Part shown: positions 31,776 through 40,486 of the stretch, piece after piece
Layout: each line of letters opens with the position of its first letter
Numbering within the stretch: the stretch's first letter is position 1
Source of the DNA: an uncultured Candidatus Saccharibacteria bacterium
Lineage (GTDB): Bacteria > Patescibacteriota > Minisyncoccia > Phycocordibacterales > UBA9973
DNA length: 64,000 bases
Assembly (NCBI GenBank): GCA_964631935.1
Contig: CAZWAV010000001.1
Location: forward strand, 116,482 to 180,481
Reading direction: 5' to 3'
Made by a program: the position numbers and the translations under genes
Notes under the pieces: model-generated
What the model was told of the DNA's origin: nothing
Seen by the model: the letters and a program-made list of their open reading frames with translations, nothing else
Database searches by the model: none

Positions 31776-32183
31776 ATGAATATAAATATAAATATAACAA
31801 GACAAGAGTTCGGTATGCATTTACTCCGCTTAGGGCTTTCTGCCGTTTTCCTTTGGTTTGGATTCTCGCAATTAATAGATAGCCTTTCTTGGGTAGCGAT
31901 CGTTCCAGATTGGGCTGTAAACCTTTTGCATATGCCTCCAGCTATGATCGTCATGGCTAATGGAGTATTTGAAGTGGTACTTGCAAGTCTACTTGCTATG
32001 GGATTCTTTGTGCGAATTATTTCTTTCGTACTTGCCCTTCACCTTATATCTATTGCTTTTGATTTTGGATTTTCCGCCACAGGTATCCGCGACCTTGGTC
32101 TAGTTATAGCTTCTTTTGCTCTATCGTTCATGTACACGAAGAAAGAGAACTCAGCCCCAGCTACACCAATATCAAATATATAA
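31776..32183 (+). CDS. DoxX-like small membrane protein
   Basis: 135 aa with about 4 TM segments. N-terminal LRLGLSAVFLWFGFSQL is typical of the DoxX family. Confidence 0.45.
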   Translation: MNININITRQEFGMHLLRLGLSAVFLWFGFSQLIDSLSWVAIVPDWAVNLLHMPPAMIVMANGVFEVVLASLLAMGFFVRIISFVLALHLISIAFDFGFSATGIRDLGLVIASFALSFMYTKKENSAPATPISNI

Positions 32184-32185
32184 AC

Positions 32186-32413
32186 ATGTACATACATGTG
32201 AAAGTTACCACTGGAGTAAAGAAAGAAGTATTCAAGATAAAGAACGATGATCATTTTGAAATTTCTGTTCGCGAGAAAGCTGAGCGTAATCTGGCCAATA
32301 CTCGCGTAATAGAGCTTGTCGCTCTTCATTTCAATATTCCAATATCTCACATCCGTATAATCAATGGTCACCACAGCCCAAGCAAACTTTTATCAATCAA
32401 TAATTTAATCTAA
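32186..32413 (+). CDS. DUF167 (YggU-like) protein
   Basis: 75 aa. VKV...G..N...A.L..LA..F.V..S.I.I..G..S..K pattern. Confidence 0.5.
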   Translation: MYIHVKVTTGVKKEVFKIKNDDHFEISVREKAERNLANTRVIELVALHFNIPISHIRIINGHHSPSKLLSINNLI

Positions 32414-32519
32414 AATTTATGGGACTTGTATTCATGCTATTCATATTCTGTATTGTACTTATCCTTATTAAGGTAGAGCGTGATAGGCAAGAGAAGAATG
32501 GAGGAGGTCATCACTAAAT

Positions 32520-32936
32520 GTGGTATTATTGGTGTATATGAACAATTCATACAACTGGTACTCTACTCTTATAAAGCCTACCTGGTCACCACCTTCATGG
32601 CTTTTTGGGCCAGTATGGACATTCCTTTATATTCTTATCACCATATCTTTTGGTAAAGTATTCATGATGCTATATCAGAAGCAAATATCTTTTATGGTTG
32701 CGCTTCCATTTATCTTAAATCTTATTTTCAACTTTTCATTTACTTATTTTCAATTCGGATTAAAGAACAACCTCCTCGCTGCCATCGATATAGTCCTTAT
32801 ACTCACTACCATCATCTGGGCGATGATCGCCATCTTCCCATATGCCAAGTGGATTACTTATATTCAGATACCGTACCTGCTTTGGGTATCATTTGCGACG
32901 ATCCTACAGCTAACTATCACTTACTTAAATAGATAA
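32520..32936 (+). CDS. TspO/MBR family tryptophan-rich sensory protein
   Basis: 138 aa. WYSTLIKPTWSPPSWLFGPVWTFLY is diagnostic of TspO. Confidence 0.7.
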   Translation: MVLLVYMNNSYNWYSTLIKPTWSPPSWLFGPVWTFLYILITISFGKVFMMLYQKQISFMVALPFILNLIFNFSFTYFQFGLKNNLLAAIDIVLILTTIIWAMIAIFPYAKWITYIQIPYLLWVSFATILQLTITYLNR

Positions 32937-32938
32937 AG

Positions 32939-33385
32939 ATGAATTTAGACTTTATTGGATTGTTCATATTAATAGCAGGGTTTATCATCGGACTCGGGTC
33001 CGTGACCGTGATTGATATTCATGGATTTTTAGGCAGAAAGTCATCTTACTGGACAGAAGCTACTATACGCACCCACAAGGTCACAAAGCCACTTATCTGG
33101 CTTGGAACTATACTTGCGATAATTGGTGGTCTTATATTTTATCGTAATGAATCACTCTCTAACATCCCTTACTATCATGCATTAATTGCCTGCGTGCTTA
33201 TAATCAATGGCATTTTCTTGTCTTTCTACGTCAGTCCATTTTTATTAAAACAAGAGCGCGAAGGGAAGCAGAGCGAGCTTTTGCCTTCATCGCTACAGAA
33301 TAAAATAATTGTAAGCTTAATATTTTCTGATATAGGTTGGTGGGGAGGCTTAGGATTGTTAGTTTACTATCTCATCAATCATTAA
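32939..33385 (+). CDS. hypothetical integral membrane protein
   Basis: 148 aa with four hydrophobic helices. Confidence 0.4.
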   Translation: MNLDFIGLFILIAGFIIGLGSVTVIDIHGFLGRKSSYWTEATIRTHKVTKPLIWLGTILAIIGGLIFYRNESLSNIPYYHALIACVLIINGIFLSFYVSPFLLKQEREGKQSELLPSSLQNKIIVSLIFSDIGWWGGLGLLVYYLINH

Positions 33386-33390
33386 TCTTC

Positions 33391-33846
33391 ATGCCGAAAA
33401 AGATCAAGGATAATTCAGACATAATTTTTAAACCGCAATTAACTCCAAAGCAAATGCTAAAGCTTGGTGTATTCGGTGGCTACTATTTTGAAGTTAAAAC
33501 AAAGGATATCCCAAAAGAAATAATAAAGCTCGCAAATATTTCAAAAACCAAAAAGAAAGACCCTAAATTAAATTATTTCAAAGTGAGCGCTAGTCAGCCA
33601 CTTTCTGTATGGCAAAAGAAGGGTTGGATAAATAAAGTTGATCCAAATGGTTGGTTCGAATGGTATATAAAATATTTTTATGGAAGAAGATTAGATAAGG
33701 AAGACGCGAGGCAGATAAAGAGGTGGTATATGATGCGCCGGCACATAACCCAAGTGAAAAACAATTGCAGGGTGAGTGATACATTCTGCCGTCCCCGTCA
33801 AAGACAAGCCCTCCTACACTGGGCATATGATTCGAGAAAAATTTAA
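33391..33846 (+). CDS. hypothetical protein
   Basis: Start chosen at MPKKIKDN, avoiding overlap with the upstream gene. Basic and W-rich, with no family recognised. Confidence 0.35.
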   Translation: MPKKIKDNSDIIFKPQLTPKQMLKLGVFGGYYFEVKTKDIPKEIIKLANISKTKKKDPKLNYFKVSASQPLSVWQKKGWINKVDPNGWFEWYIKYFYGRRLDKEDARQIKRWYMMRRHITQVKNNCRVSDTFCRPRQRQALLHWAYDSRKI

Positions 33847-34127
33847 TGAAAAAAGTTTATAAAATAAAAGCGAAGGTTTGGCGATGGCCTGGAGATGCCG
33901 GCTGGCATTTCGTAAATGTAGACAAAAAAATATCTGAACAAATACGCAAGGCTTACCCAAAAGGCTTTGTAAAGATTAGAGCCCAAATAGGGAAGACCAT
34001 ATGGGATACATCGCTATTTCCACACAAACTCTCAGCCTCATATCTCTTGTCTGTCAAAGCTAGTGTTCGTAAAAAAGAAAGTATTTTCGAAAGTGATGAA
34101 GTAAAAATTGAGTTTCGAATTAAATAA
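33846..34127 (+). CDS. DUF1905 family protein
   Basis: 93 aa. The WHFVNV...GFVKIRAQIGKTIWDTSLFP...DEVKIEF pattern is typical of DUF1905. Confidence 0.5.
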   Translation: MKKVYKIKAKVWRWPGDAGWHFVNVDKKISEQIRKAYPKGFVKIRAQIGKTIWDTSLFPHKLSASYLLSVKASVRKKESIFESDEVKIEFRIK

Positions 34128-34129
34128 TT

Positions 34130-34624
34130 CTAAATCTCCTTAAGTAAATCCTCCACATCAAGAGGCTCGGTGACCATTTCGACGAGGCCGTCGTTTGAAA
34201 CTTTCCATTCTGAGCGTGGGCGGTCACAGTAAAGCTCGACTCCGATACCGTCGGGGTCGTTTAGATATATGGCTTCAGATACTCCATGATCTGCAGTGCC
34301 TGTGAGAGGGTAGCCCGCATCTATGAGACGCTTGAGGACAAGCGCAAGCTCGCGGCGTGTAGGGAAGAGAATTGCATGGTGGTAGATACCACTGTGGCCC
34401 GCAGGTGGAGGAGTAGCGCCTTTGCCAGCCCACGTATTGAGCCCTATATGGTGATGGTAGCCCCCAGCAGAGAGAAATACAGCTGACGTGCCATATCGAG
34501 CTGTAACCTCAAATCCCAAGATATCACGATAAAAAGCTAGAGATCTATCTAAGTCTCCCACGGTCAAATGCACATGACCTATTTGTACGTCTTTGTGTAT
34601 TTTGTTGTCATTTTCTTTTACCAT
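34130..34624 (-). CDS. VOC-family (glyoxalase/bleomycin-resistance/dioxygenase) protein
   Basis: 164 aa. Paired beta-alpha-beta-beta-beta modules with metal-ligand His/Glu positions (HVHLTV, HHHIGL, E near the C-terminus). Confidence 0.7.
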   Translation of the reverse strand: MVKENDNKIHKDVQIGHVHLTVGDLDRSLAFYRDILGFEVTARYGTSAVFLSAGGYHHHIGLNTWAGKGATPPPAGHSGIYHHAILFPTRRELALVLKRLIDAGYPLTGTADHGVSEAIYLNDPDGIGVELYCDRPRSEWKVSNDGLVEMVTEPLDVEDLLKEI

Positions 34625-34742
34625 ACTTATATTATACCAGACCCGTCAAGCGGCTAGTATTGCTACTCTTGACATTTTAGATATTTTATATATAATTTGC
34701 TGAAATTAACCCCATCCTTTTTAAACTCTAATACACAAAATT

Positions 34743-35612
34743 ATGAAAAAACTATTTTTCTTAATACCTATTTTTGCTCTCTTTTCCTGCGAACCAGAAA
34801 AAGAAACAAAACCATTCTTGGATGCTGATGGTATACCTATGCCGACTCACTATTTCACTAATGACTTTACAGGTAAGATGCTGGACAGTACTGAGATCGG
34901 AAAACTCAATCGCAGGCTCAAAGCATACGAAGACAGTACGACAAATCAGATTGTGGTTATCTGCCTCCCTAAACTTCCAGACAATAAAAATGGAAATACA
35001 TGGAATCTTGAAGAGCTCACTACTGAAACTTTTCGTAAATGGGGAATAGGACAGAAAGATAAAAACAATGGTGTATTGTTTCTTATTGCTTTTGATGACC
35101 ATAAGAATCGTATTGAGCCTGGATATGGCCTCGAAGGAGCATTACCTGACATTATCTGCAAGCATATTCTCGATGAAAATGTAAAACCACATTTTGAAGA
35201 CGAAAAATATTACGAGGGTATTGATGAGGCTATAACAAAGATGGAGAAAGCTATCGCCGGTGAATATTTGGCAGAACGAAAAGCCGAAAAAGATGAGTAC
35301 AATTTCTGGATCTGGCTTGCTGTCGGTTTAGGGATCGCAGGACTTCTAGGATTCATCCGACTCATCATTGCTGCAATAGTAGGAGGAGCATATGGTGGTT
35401 TCTATTGGTACTACATGCACCCACCACTACATGATATACCTGAAGCTATTGCTGCTGTATTTATTTGTGCGGTACTGGGAATTATAGCTAAATTCGTTAT
35501 CGAAGCTGGTATTGGATTTGATGGTAGTAGTAGTGATAGTTCTGGAGGTAGTGGAGGGTTCTTCGGGGGAGGAGGTGGCTCTGGAGGTGGCGGAGCCAGT
35601 GGAAGTTGGTAA
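34743..35612 (+). CDS. TPM-domain (phosphatase-like) lipoprotein with C-terminal TM and Gly-rich tail
   Basis: 289 aa. Lipobox LFSC, a TPM domain core, then a TM and a GGSGGFFGGGGGSGGGG tail. Confidence 0.6.
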   Translation: MKKLFFLIPIFALFSCEPEKETKPFLDADGIPMPTHYFTNDFTGKMLDSTEIGKLNRRLKAYEDSTTNQIVVICLPKLPDNKNGNTWNLEELTTETFRKWGIGQKDKNNGVLFLIAFDDHKNRIEPGYGLEGALPDIICKHILDENVKPHFEDEKYYEGIDEAITKMEKAIAGEYLAERKAEKDEYNFWIWLAVGLGIAGLLGFIRLIIAAIVGGAYGGFYWYYMHPPLHDIPEAIAAVFICAVLGIIAKFVIEAGIGFDGSSSDSSGGSGGFFGGGGGSGGGGASGSW

Positions 35613-35738
35613 AATATGTTTTTAATTAGAATATTGTACGGTCGCTTCTTTAAGAAGTGGCCGTTTTTATTTATTGACTTTTCAAGTAAAATGATGTAGA
35701 AAGTAGACAAATATTGAAAACAATTTAAACAAAAGTTT

Positions 35739-36368
35739 ATGAAAAAAGTTAGGAAACAGCAAGGGCCATTCTCGAACGCGGCCATAAAGAAATTACTCAA
35801 GCTTCATAATGCAATCAATGACCAAAAGTACAGGAAAGAATCTTTCAAAGAAAAATTGAAGGAACACGTGGTTAAAGGGTTTAAAATGCCTGAGAGAGCA
35901 ACAGTTGAGAACGCTTTGCAGGCGATGTACAAATACAAATCCAAAACCAAGTACAATTCTAAACTTTTGACAGGTATCATTGACGGTAGGTTTACTGAAA
36001 AAGGCTCAGCATGGGTACATGTAACAAATGAAAAAGATGATCTGGTTTGGACCAGGGAATTCTACAGGATAACTCCGAAAATCCTGATCGAGCGTTTATT
36101 GCCATATGCAATTGTTGCAAAAAATATCGCCGACGGCAGACCTCCTGGAATGAAACTGGCTTTTGCTGTAGGATCCGAAACTGAGTATGTATGGAAATCA
36201 AGCAATGGCCGGAAAGTGATACCTTTAAATTTAAACGATTACTTTACCAGTTTAACTAAGGAGCAAGTTGCTTTTGTTAAAGCCAACGAATCAAGTCGTA
36301 ATTCATATTTGCGCAGAACAGAAGGCCAGGTAACAAGACAAAGTAAAATCCAGAAAACCTGGAAATAA
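35739..36368 (+). CDS. hypothetical basic protein
   Basis: 209 aa. No family recognised. Confidence 0.4.
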   Translation: MKKVRKQQGPFSNAAIKKLLKLHNAINDQKYRKESFKEKLKEHVVKGFKMPERATVENALQAMYKYKSKTKYNSKLLTGIIDGRFTEKGSAWVHVTNEKDDLVWTREFYRITPKILIERLLPYAIVAKNIADGRPPGMKLAFAVGSETEYVWKSSNGRKVIPLNLNDYFTSLTKEQVAFVKANESSRNSYLRRTEGQVTRQSKIQKTWK

Positions 36369-36391
36369 AACAGTGTGAAAACATTAATAGC

Positions 36392-36423
36392 ATCCCATCT
36401 GCGAAAGCAATGGGATCTTTTTT
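36392..36423 (+). terminator. rho-independent terminator (plus strand)
   Basis: ATCCCAT-ctgcgaaagca-ATGGGAT followed by CTTTTTTATTTTT. Confidence 0.5.
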
Positions 36424-36434
36424 ATTTTTAGTAA

Positions 36435-36473
36435 TAAAAAAACTGATAGAGGACTTTCGTCATATCAGTTTTT
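36435..36473 (-). terminator. sequence-conserved GNRA-capped hairpin terminator element, copy 1
   Basis: A-run, then CTGATA-GAG-GAC-TTTC-GTC-A-TATCAG, then T-run. On the minus strand the tetraloop reads GAAA and is followed by U7. A second copy is at 46483..46517. Confidence 0.45.
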
Positions 36474-36490
36474 ATGCTTAAAACCTCCCG

Positions 36491-36985
36491 TTATTTTTCT
36501 TTATTTTGAACCTCAGTAATAGTAATGGAAACAATATCTGAAAATAGAATTTCGATAATATTATTAGAATTATTATCGAAGGTTCCCAATATAAATTGCC
36601 CTTTACTGTCAACAGGTCTCTCTTCGAGGAACTTCCTTTCACTTTTTACACCAACCTTTAACCATAAACGCGGTGCATCAATAGGTAAACCATTTATTGA
36701 GTCGCCTTTTTTAAATACTTTTATTCCAAAGACAGAAGTTGTAAACTGCCTATCTTCCAATGGATATTTGAATAAAACTTTTTCTTTAAACGTTCTAGTT
36801 TTTAGAACTTTAAATTTAAAGCTTACTGTCATTAAATAAGATTTATTTACTAAATCATATTTATTAGCAAAATCTTTTAAAAGCTTTTCTTCCCAATAAT
36901 TATAAGCATCTTCATTGCTGATAATTGATGGGTTTGAATTTAGGATAATCATCCGCGGGGTGGGTATGGCTGTATTTGCGTTCAT
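36491..36985 (-). CDS. hypothetical protein
   Basis: 164 aa. No family recognised. Confidence 0.4.
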   Translation of the reverse strand: MNANTAIPTPRMIILNSNPSIISNEDAYNYWEEKLLKDFANKYDLVNKSYLMTVSFKFKVLKTRTFKEKVLFKYPLEDRQFTTSVFGIKVFKKGDSINGLPIDAPRLWLKVGVKSERKFLEERPVDSKGQFILGTFDNNSNNIIEILFSDIVSITITEVQNKEK

Positions 36986-37074
36986 GTTTTGTTAATTTAC
37001 AGGTTAAAATTAGTATGACTTTAACATAAATTAAAGATAAAGTCAATATTTAACTTAGTTAAAATTCTCCCATT

Positions 37075-37102
37075 CAAAAAACCGCCAGATGGCGGGTTTT
37101 TT
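37075..37102. terminator. bidirectional intrinsic terminator-like hairpin
   Basis: CAAAAAA-CCGCC-agat-GGCGG-GTTTTTT. Confidence 0.45.
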
Positions 37103-37265
37103 GAATAGTATCAATGTACAATTTTTATAGAGCAGTGATGATCAATAGTCATGTGCGTCTACATCTATAGTGACGGTTCATAACTAGTATTCTTACAAGA
37201 TTATATTTATTTAAATAAATGCTCCCTTATAAAGAGAGCATTTTTAAATTCAGTCAGAAATTTTT

Positions 37266-37847
37266 TTACAAAGCTACTTGCTTTTGAACCATTATTTTAC
37301 GTAAGTTTATTAAACCATAACGCATCCGGCCCAATGCAGTATTGATACTACATTTGGTCAAAGCTGAGATCTCTTTGAAAGAGAGACCTGCGTAATGACG
37401 AAGTATCATAACTTCACGTTGATCTTCTGGAAGAATATCGATCATTTTCCTTACATTATCATGACTCTGATCAGTCATCATCCGCTTATCTACGCCAGGC
37501 TGAGAAAAGTTCAAGACTTCAAATATGTCGCGATCATCGCTTGTCTTAATGGTCGGAGTACGTTTCACTTTCCTGAAATGATCAACACATAGGTTGTGTG
37601 CAATACGTATTGCCCATGGTACAAATTTACCCTGGTCAGTATAACGACCGCCTCGCATAGTGTCTATAATCTTTAAGAACATATCCTGGAAAATATCTTC
37701 TGCAAGGTATTTATCTTTTGTAAGCAGATAAATAGAAGTAAAAATTTTGTCCTTGTGGCGCAACATCAAGGCGCCCAAAGCTTCAGCTTCTCCGTTTATA
37801 TATAAATGGATAAGTTGTTGGTCGGTTTTATTGACATATTTTTTCAT
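37266..37847 (-). CDS. RNA polymerase sigma-70 factor, ECF subfamily
   Basis: 193 aa. Region 2 (FQDMFLKI...WAIRIAHN) and region 4 (EVMILRHYAGLSFKEISALT) are present. Confidence 0.8.
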   Translation of the reverse strand: MKKYVNKTDQQLIHLYINGEAEALGALMLRHKDKIFTSIYLLTKDKYLAEDIFQDMFLKIIDTMRGGRYTDQGKFVPWAIRIAHNLCVDHFRKVKRTPTIKTSDDRDIFEVLNFSQPGVDKRMMTDQSHDNVRKMIDILPEDQREVMILRHYAGLSFKEISALTKCSINTALGRMRYGLINLRKIMVQKQVAL

Positions 37848-37968
37848 GTGTAAGGTTTTAAAAGATGAGTGGAAAAATTTCCTGTGGCCTTAAATTTAAT
37901 AGTACAACTTAGTACCATGCGTGTCAAAATTTTAATATTTTAATCCACATTTACTTATTGGCTTTGAG

Positions 37969-38463
37969 GTGTACAATACAAATATGAAAAAAACAATCTG
38001 GGTCATAGTGGCAATTCTTATTATTGGGGGCATCGTTTATTTTGCTAAATTTAAAAATACTGGTTCTGTGGCGGTCCACAAGGAAGGAGATCCTATCTGC
38101 TACGCTTACCACCAGGAGGCTACACCTAAAGCACCATACAAGGTAGATGAGTATATAAAGCTTGCTATTTTGGGTAATGTAGCCAAAGGCACAAAGACTG
38201 GCACACAAAGTGGCCCAGACATGACCAATGGATACACAGGTACCTTGGAAGGTACTTCCGACAAAGATACTATCAATGTACTTTATTCATACGAGATAGA
38301 AGGATCAAAAAATATGGAAAAGGAAATATATAAAGTTGTTCCAGCTGGGCTCGAGAAGTGGAGATACGTACTTGTAAATAGAAATGAAGTTCTGACTCCA
38401 GACACAACAAGCGAACCAAAGATAATTCCTTACAACACAATCGATTGTAAAGATGTCAAATAG
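37969..38463 (+). CDS. hypothetical secreted/membrane-anchored protein
   Basis: 164 aa. N-terminal signal/TM KKTIWVIVAILIIGGIVYFA. Confidence 0.4.
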   Translation: MYNTNMKKTIWVIVAILIIGGIVYFAKFKNTGSVAVHKEGDPICYAYHQEATPKAPYKVDEYIKLAILGNVAKGTKTGTQSGPDMTNGYTGTLEGTSDKDTINVLYSYEIEGSKNMEKEIYKVVPAGLEKWRYVLVNRNEVLTPDTTSEPKIIPYNTIDCKDVK

Positions 38464-38565
38464 CTAAATAATTGACAGACATGTACGGACTTGTATACTT
38501 AGAGCAAGGAGTGTTACATCCTTGCAATTTGCTCAAAAAAATCAATCATCAAAAAAAATCGTCAC

Positions 38566-38940
38566 ATGAAAAAGATTCACTCTGTTTCCATTATGGCAAT
38601 GATAATTGCAATAATGATGATGATGCCTTCTTCTGTTAGAGGAGGTGTTGTATCTCAAAGTGGTATAACTTTTACGCCTAAAGAAGACCCAGTAATTATT
38701 ACTGTATTTCCAAATCCGGCGATAAGAGATATATACATCAGGGGAGAAAATGTTGACCTTCATAACGCTCTGGTGCAGGTAATTGATGCAAAAGGTAAGG
38801 CTGTTGAAGTTCTTATGAGGCAGAATGGTAATGGCTATGAGATCCGTTTAGGTAAGGATATCCGGGCCGAAATACTGTTCATAAGAATAATAACCAAAGA
38901 TGGAAAAAGCTACTCAGCTAAAGTGATAAAAGTTAATTAA
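38566..38940 (+). CDS. small secreted protein consisting of signal peptide plus T9SS (Por) C-terminal sorting domain-like region
   Basis: 124 aa. The C-terminal ~75 aa (VFPNPA...LVQVIDAKGKAV...GYEIRLG...YSAKVIKVN) match the T9SS CTD pattern known from Bacteroidota. Confidence 0.5.
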   Translation: MKKIHSVSIMAMIIAIMMMMPSSVRGGVVSQSGITFTPKEDPVIITVFPNPAIRDIYIRGENVDLHNALVQVIDAKGKAVEVLMRQNGNGYEIRLGKDIRAEILFIRIITKDGKSYSAKVIKVN

Positions 38941-39097
38941 GATGGGAAACCGCTCAAAATAAATACCGGTGAAAGCCTCTATGCTTGTCGTACTACTATC
39001 CTATATAGATACGACAAGCTTTTTTATTAGCTATCCTGCTAGATAAGAGTATACTGAGATAGGATCGATATTATCATTTAAATTCATAACATTAAAT

Positions 39098-39319
39098 ATG
39101 GAAACTCAAACTAATATAACTCCAGCACCAGAAGGAAACAGTTCAGGTGCAAACACAGTCCTTCTTGTTCTAGTTGTAGTAATTCTTTTAGGATTCGGAT
39201 ACTGGTGGTACAAGCACAATAGAGGATCAGCAGCACCAGCACAGAACAATCCATCTATAAACGTAGATGTGAATCTACCAGCCTCTAGCTCAAGTACTTC
39301 AACAACACCAGCTCAGTAA
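39098..39319 (+). CDS. hypothetical small membrane protein
   Basis: 73 aa with one TM (VLLVLVVVILLGFGYWWY). Confidence 0.3.
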   Translation: METQTNITPAPEGNSSGANTVLLVLVVVILLGFGYWWYKHNRGSAAPAQNNPSINVDVNLPASSSSTSTTPAQ

Positions 39320-39352
39320 AACTTAACTAGTGATCCTTTGACATATTAATTA

Positions 39353-39550
39353 ATGTGGGTCTTAAAGTTTAAGATACTTGCATTAGTTTTTAATCAGAGT
39401 ACTATGGTAAGTGAGTTTCGCAAGTATGACGGATATGACAGTAATGAAATATCTTCAGTAGCAATATTGATAGCGCTTGTGGGTCTCATAAAAAAAGTGC
39501 AACAATTTTTATTAATTGAGGCGCTTTTTTTATTTGTATTTGAGGATTAG
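39353..39550 (+). CDS. hypothetical ORF (weak)
   Basis: 65-aa ORF only. Confidence 0.2.
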   Translation: MWVLKFKILALVFNQSTMVSEFRKYDGYDSNEISSVAILIALVGLIKKVQQFLLIEALFLFVFED

Positions 39551-40024
39551 TGATATAATAAGAATATGAAAATAATTAAAAAAAGAAATGTTAAAGCTCA
39601 AATCCCGCTTCCAGTAAAAGGGGATAAGAAGACAGACTTTGCTATCAAGCATCCTCCAAGCTTAAAACCGAAAAATAAACGCGCAAAGTAAAATAAAAAC
39701 CGCTGCCATAAGACGAGCGGTTTTTTCATTAAACCTAAAACCAAACTAAATAATTTTATCTTATTCTCTTATTCGAAGAAGCAGAATAATTTTTTGCCCA
39801 CATCAAAGCCTTATACATCAGCCAGATAATGAATATAAAGATCAGTGACCAAACTAAATATCCAGAGGTTTTTTCCCAATTGATAGCAATAAATATTGTA
39901 TTCATAACACAGATTTTAAGGTTTTGGAAAAATGTTTAATTCACTAGTATTTAAGTACTTTTGGTATATTTTGTCAACTATATGTGCTATAATAAGCGTA
40001 TATTAATAGTAACCTAAATATATT

Positions 40025-40210
40025 ATGGCAGTACTAAAAGCATTGTGCATGAAGTGTAGAGATGATAAGAATAAGCCGACTATGCAGGAGATGAAGAATC
40101 CTGTAGTCTCAGAAAAGAATGGTAGATACTCTGCAAAGGGCCAGTGTGCTGTGTGTGGAGGAAACATGTTTAAGTTCATGTCAAAGGCAGATGCTGAGGC
40201 AATGAAATAA
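40025..40210 (+). CDS. small zinc-ribbon protein
   Basis: 61 aa. CxxC...CxxC (CMKC...CAVC). Followed by the hairpin terminator AAAATACCCCTTAAAAGGGGTATTTTATTT. Confidence 0.4.
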   Translation: MAVLKALCMKCRDDKNKPTMQEMKNPVVSEKNGRYSAKGQCAVCGGNMFKFMSKADAEAMK

Positions 40211-40251
40211 TCAGATAAATAAAATACCCCTTAAAAGGGGTATTTTATTTA

Positions 40252-40380
40252 TTACTGTTTCTTTTTGCGACTTGCTGCTTTCTTTTCAAGCATTACTTTC
40301 TTTATAGCTAGACGCTTCTTTGTTTTACGAGAGTGTCGTGACTTTGGTTTAATACCAAGGTTAGTGCTTCTTTTTGCCAT
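40252..40380 (-). CDS. unannotated small basic protein (42 aa), possible ribosomal-like
   Basis: Hand-translated: MAKRSTNLGIKPKSRHSRKTKKRLAIKKVMLEKKAASRKKKQ. It is below the 60-aa track cutoff. Confidence 0.25.
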   Translation of the reverse strand: MAKRSTNLGIKPKSRHSRKTKKRLAIKKVMLEKKAASRKKKQ

Positions 40381-40486
40381 ATAATTTTTTATTACTAATA
40401 AATGAGTACTCATTATACTTCAAAATCTGTAATAATCCAATTATTCAAACATCGCAAGTAAGCTCTTTATCTGCTAGTATAAAAAG

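Noticed and set aside
33337-33390. Upstream start (33337) for the 33846-ending ORF, overlapping the preceding membrane protein gene by about 50 nt
   Set aside because: The extension encodes a hydrophobic read-through of the neighbouring gene's 3' end. The internal ATG at 33391 gives a non-overlapping, plausible start.
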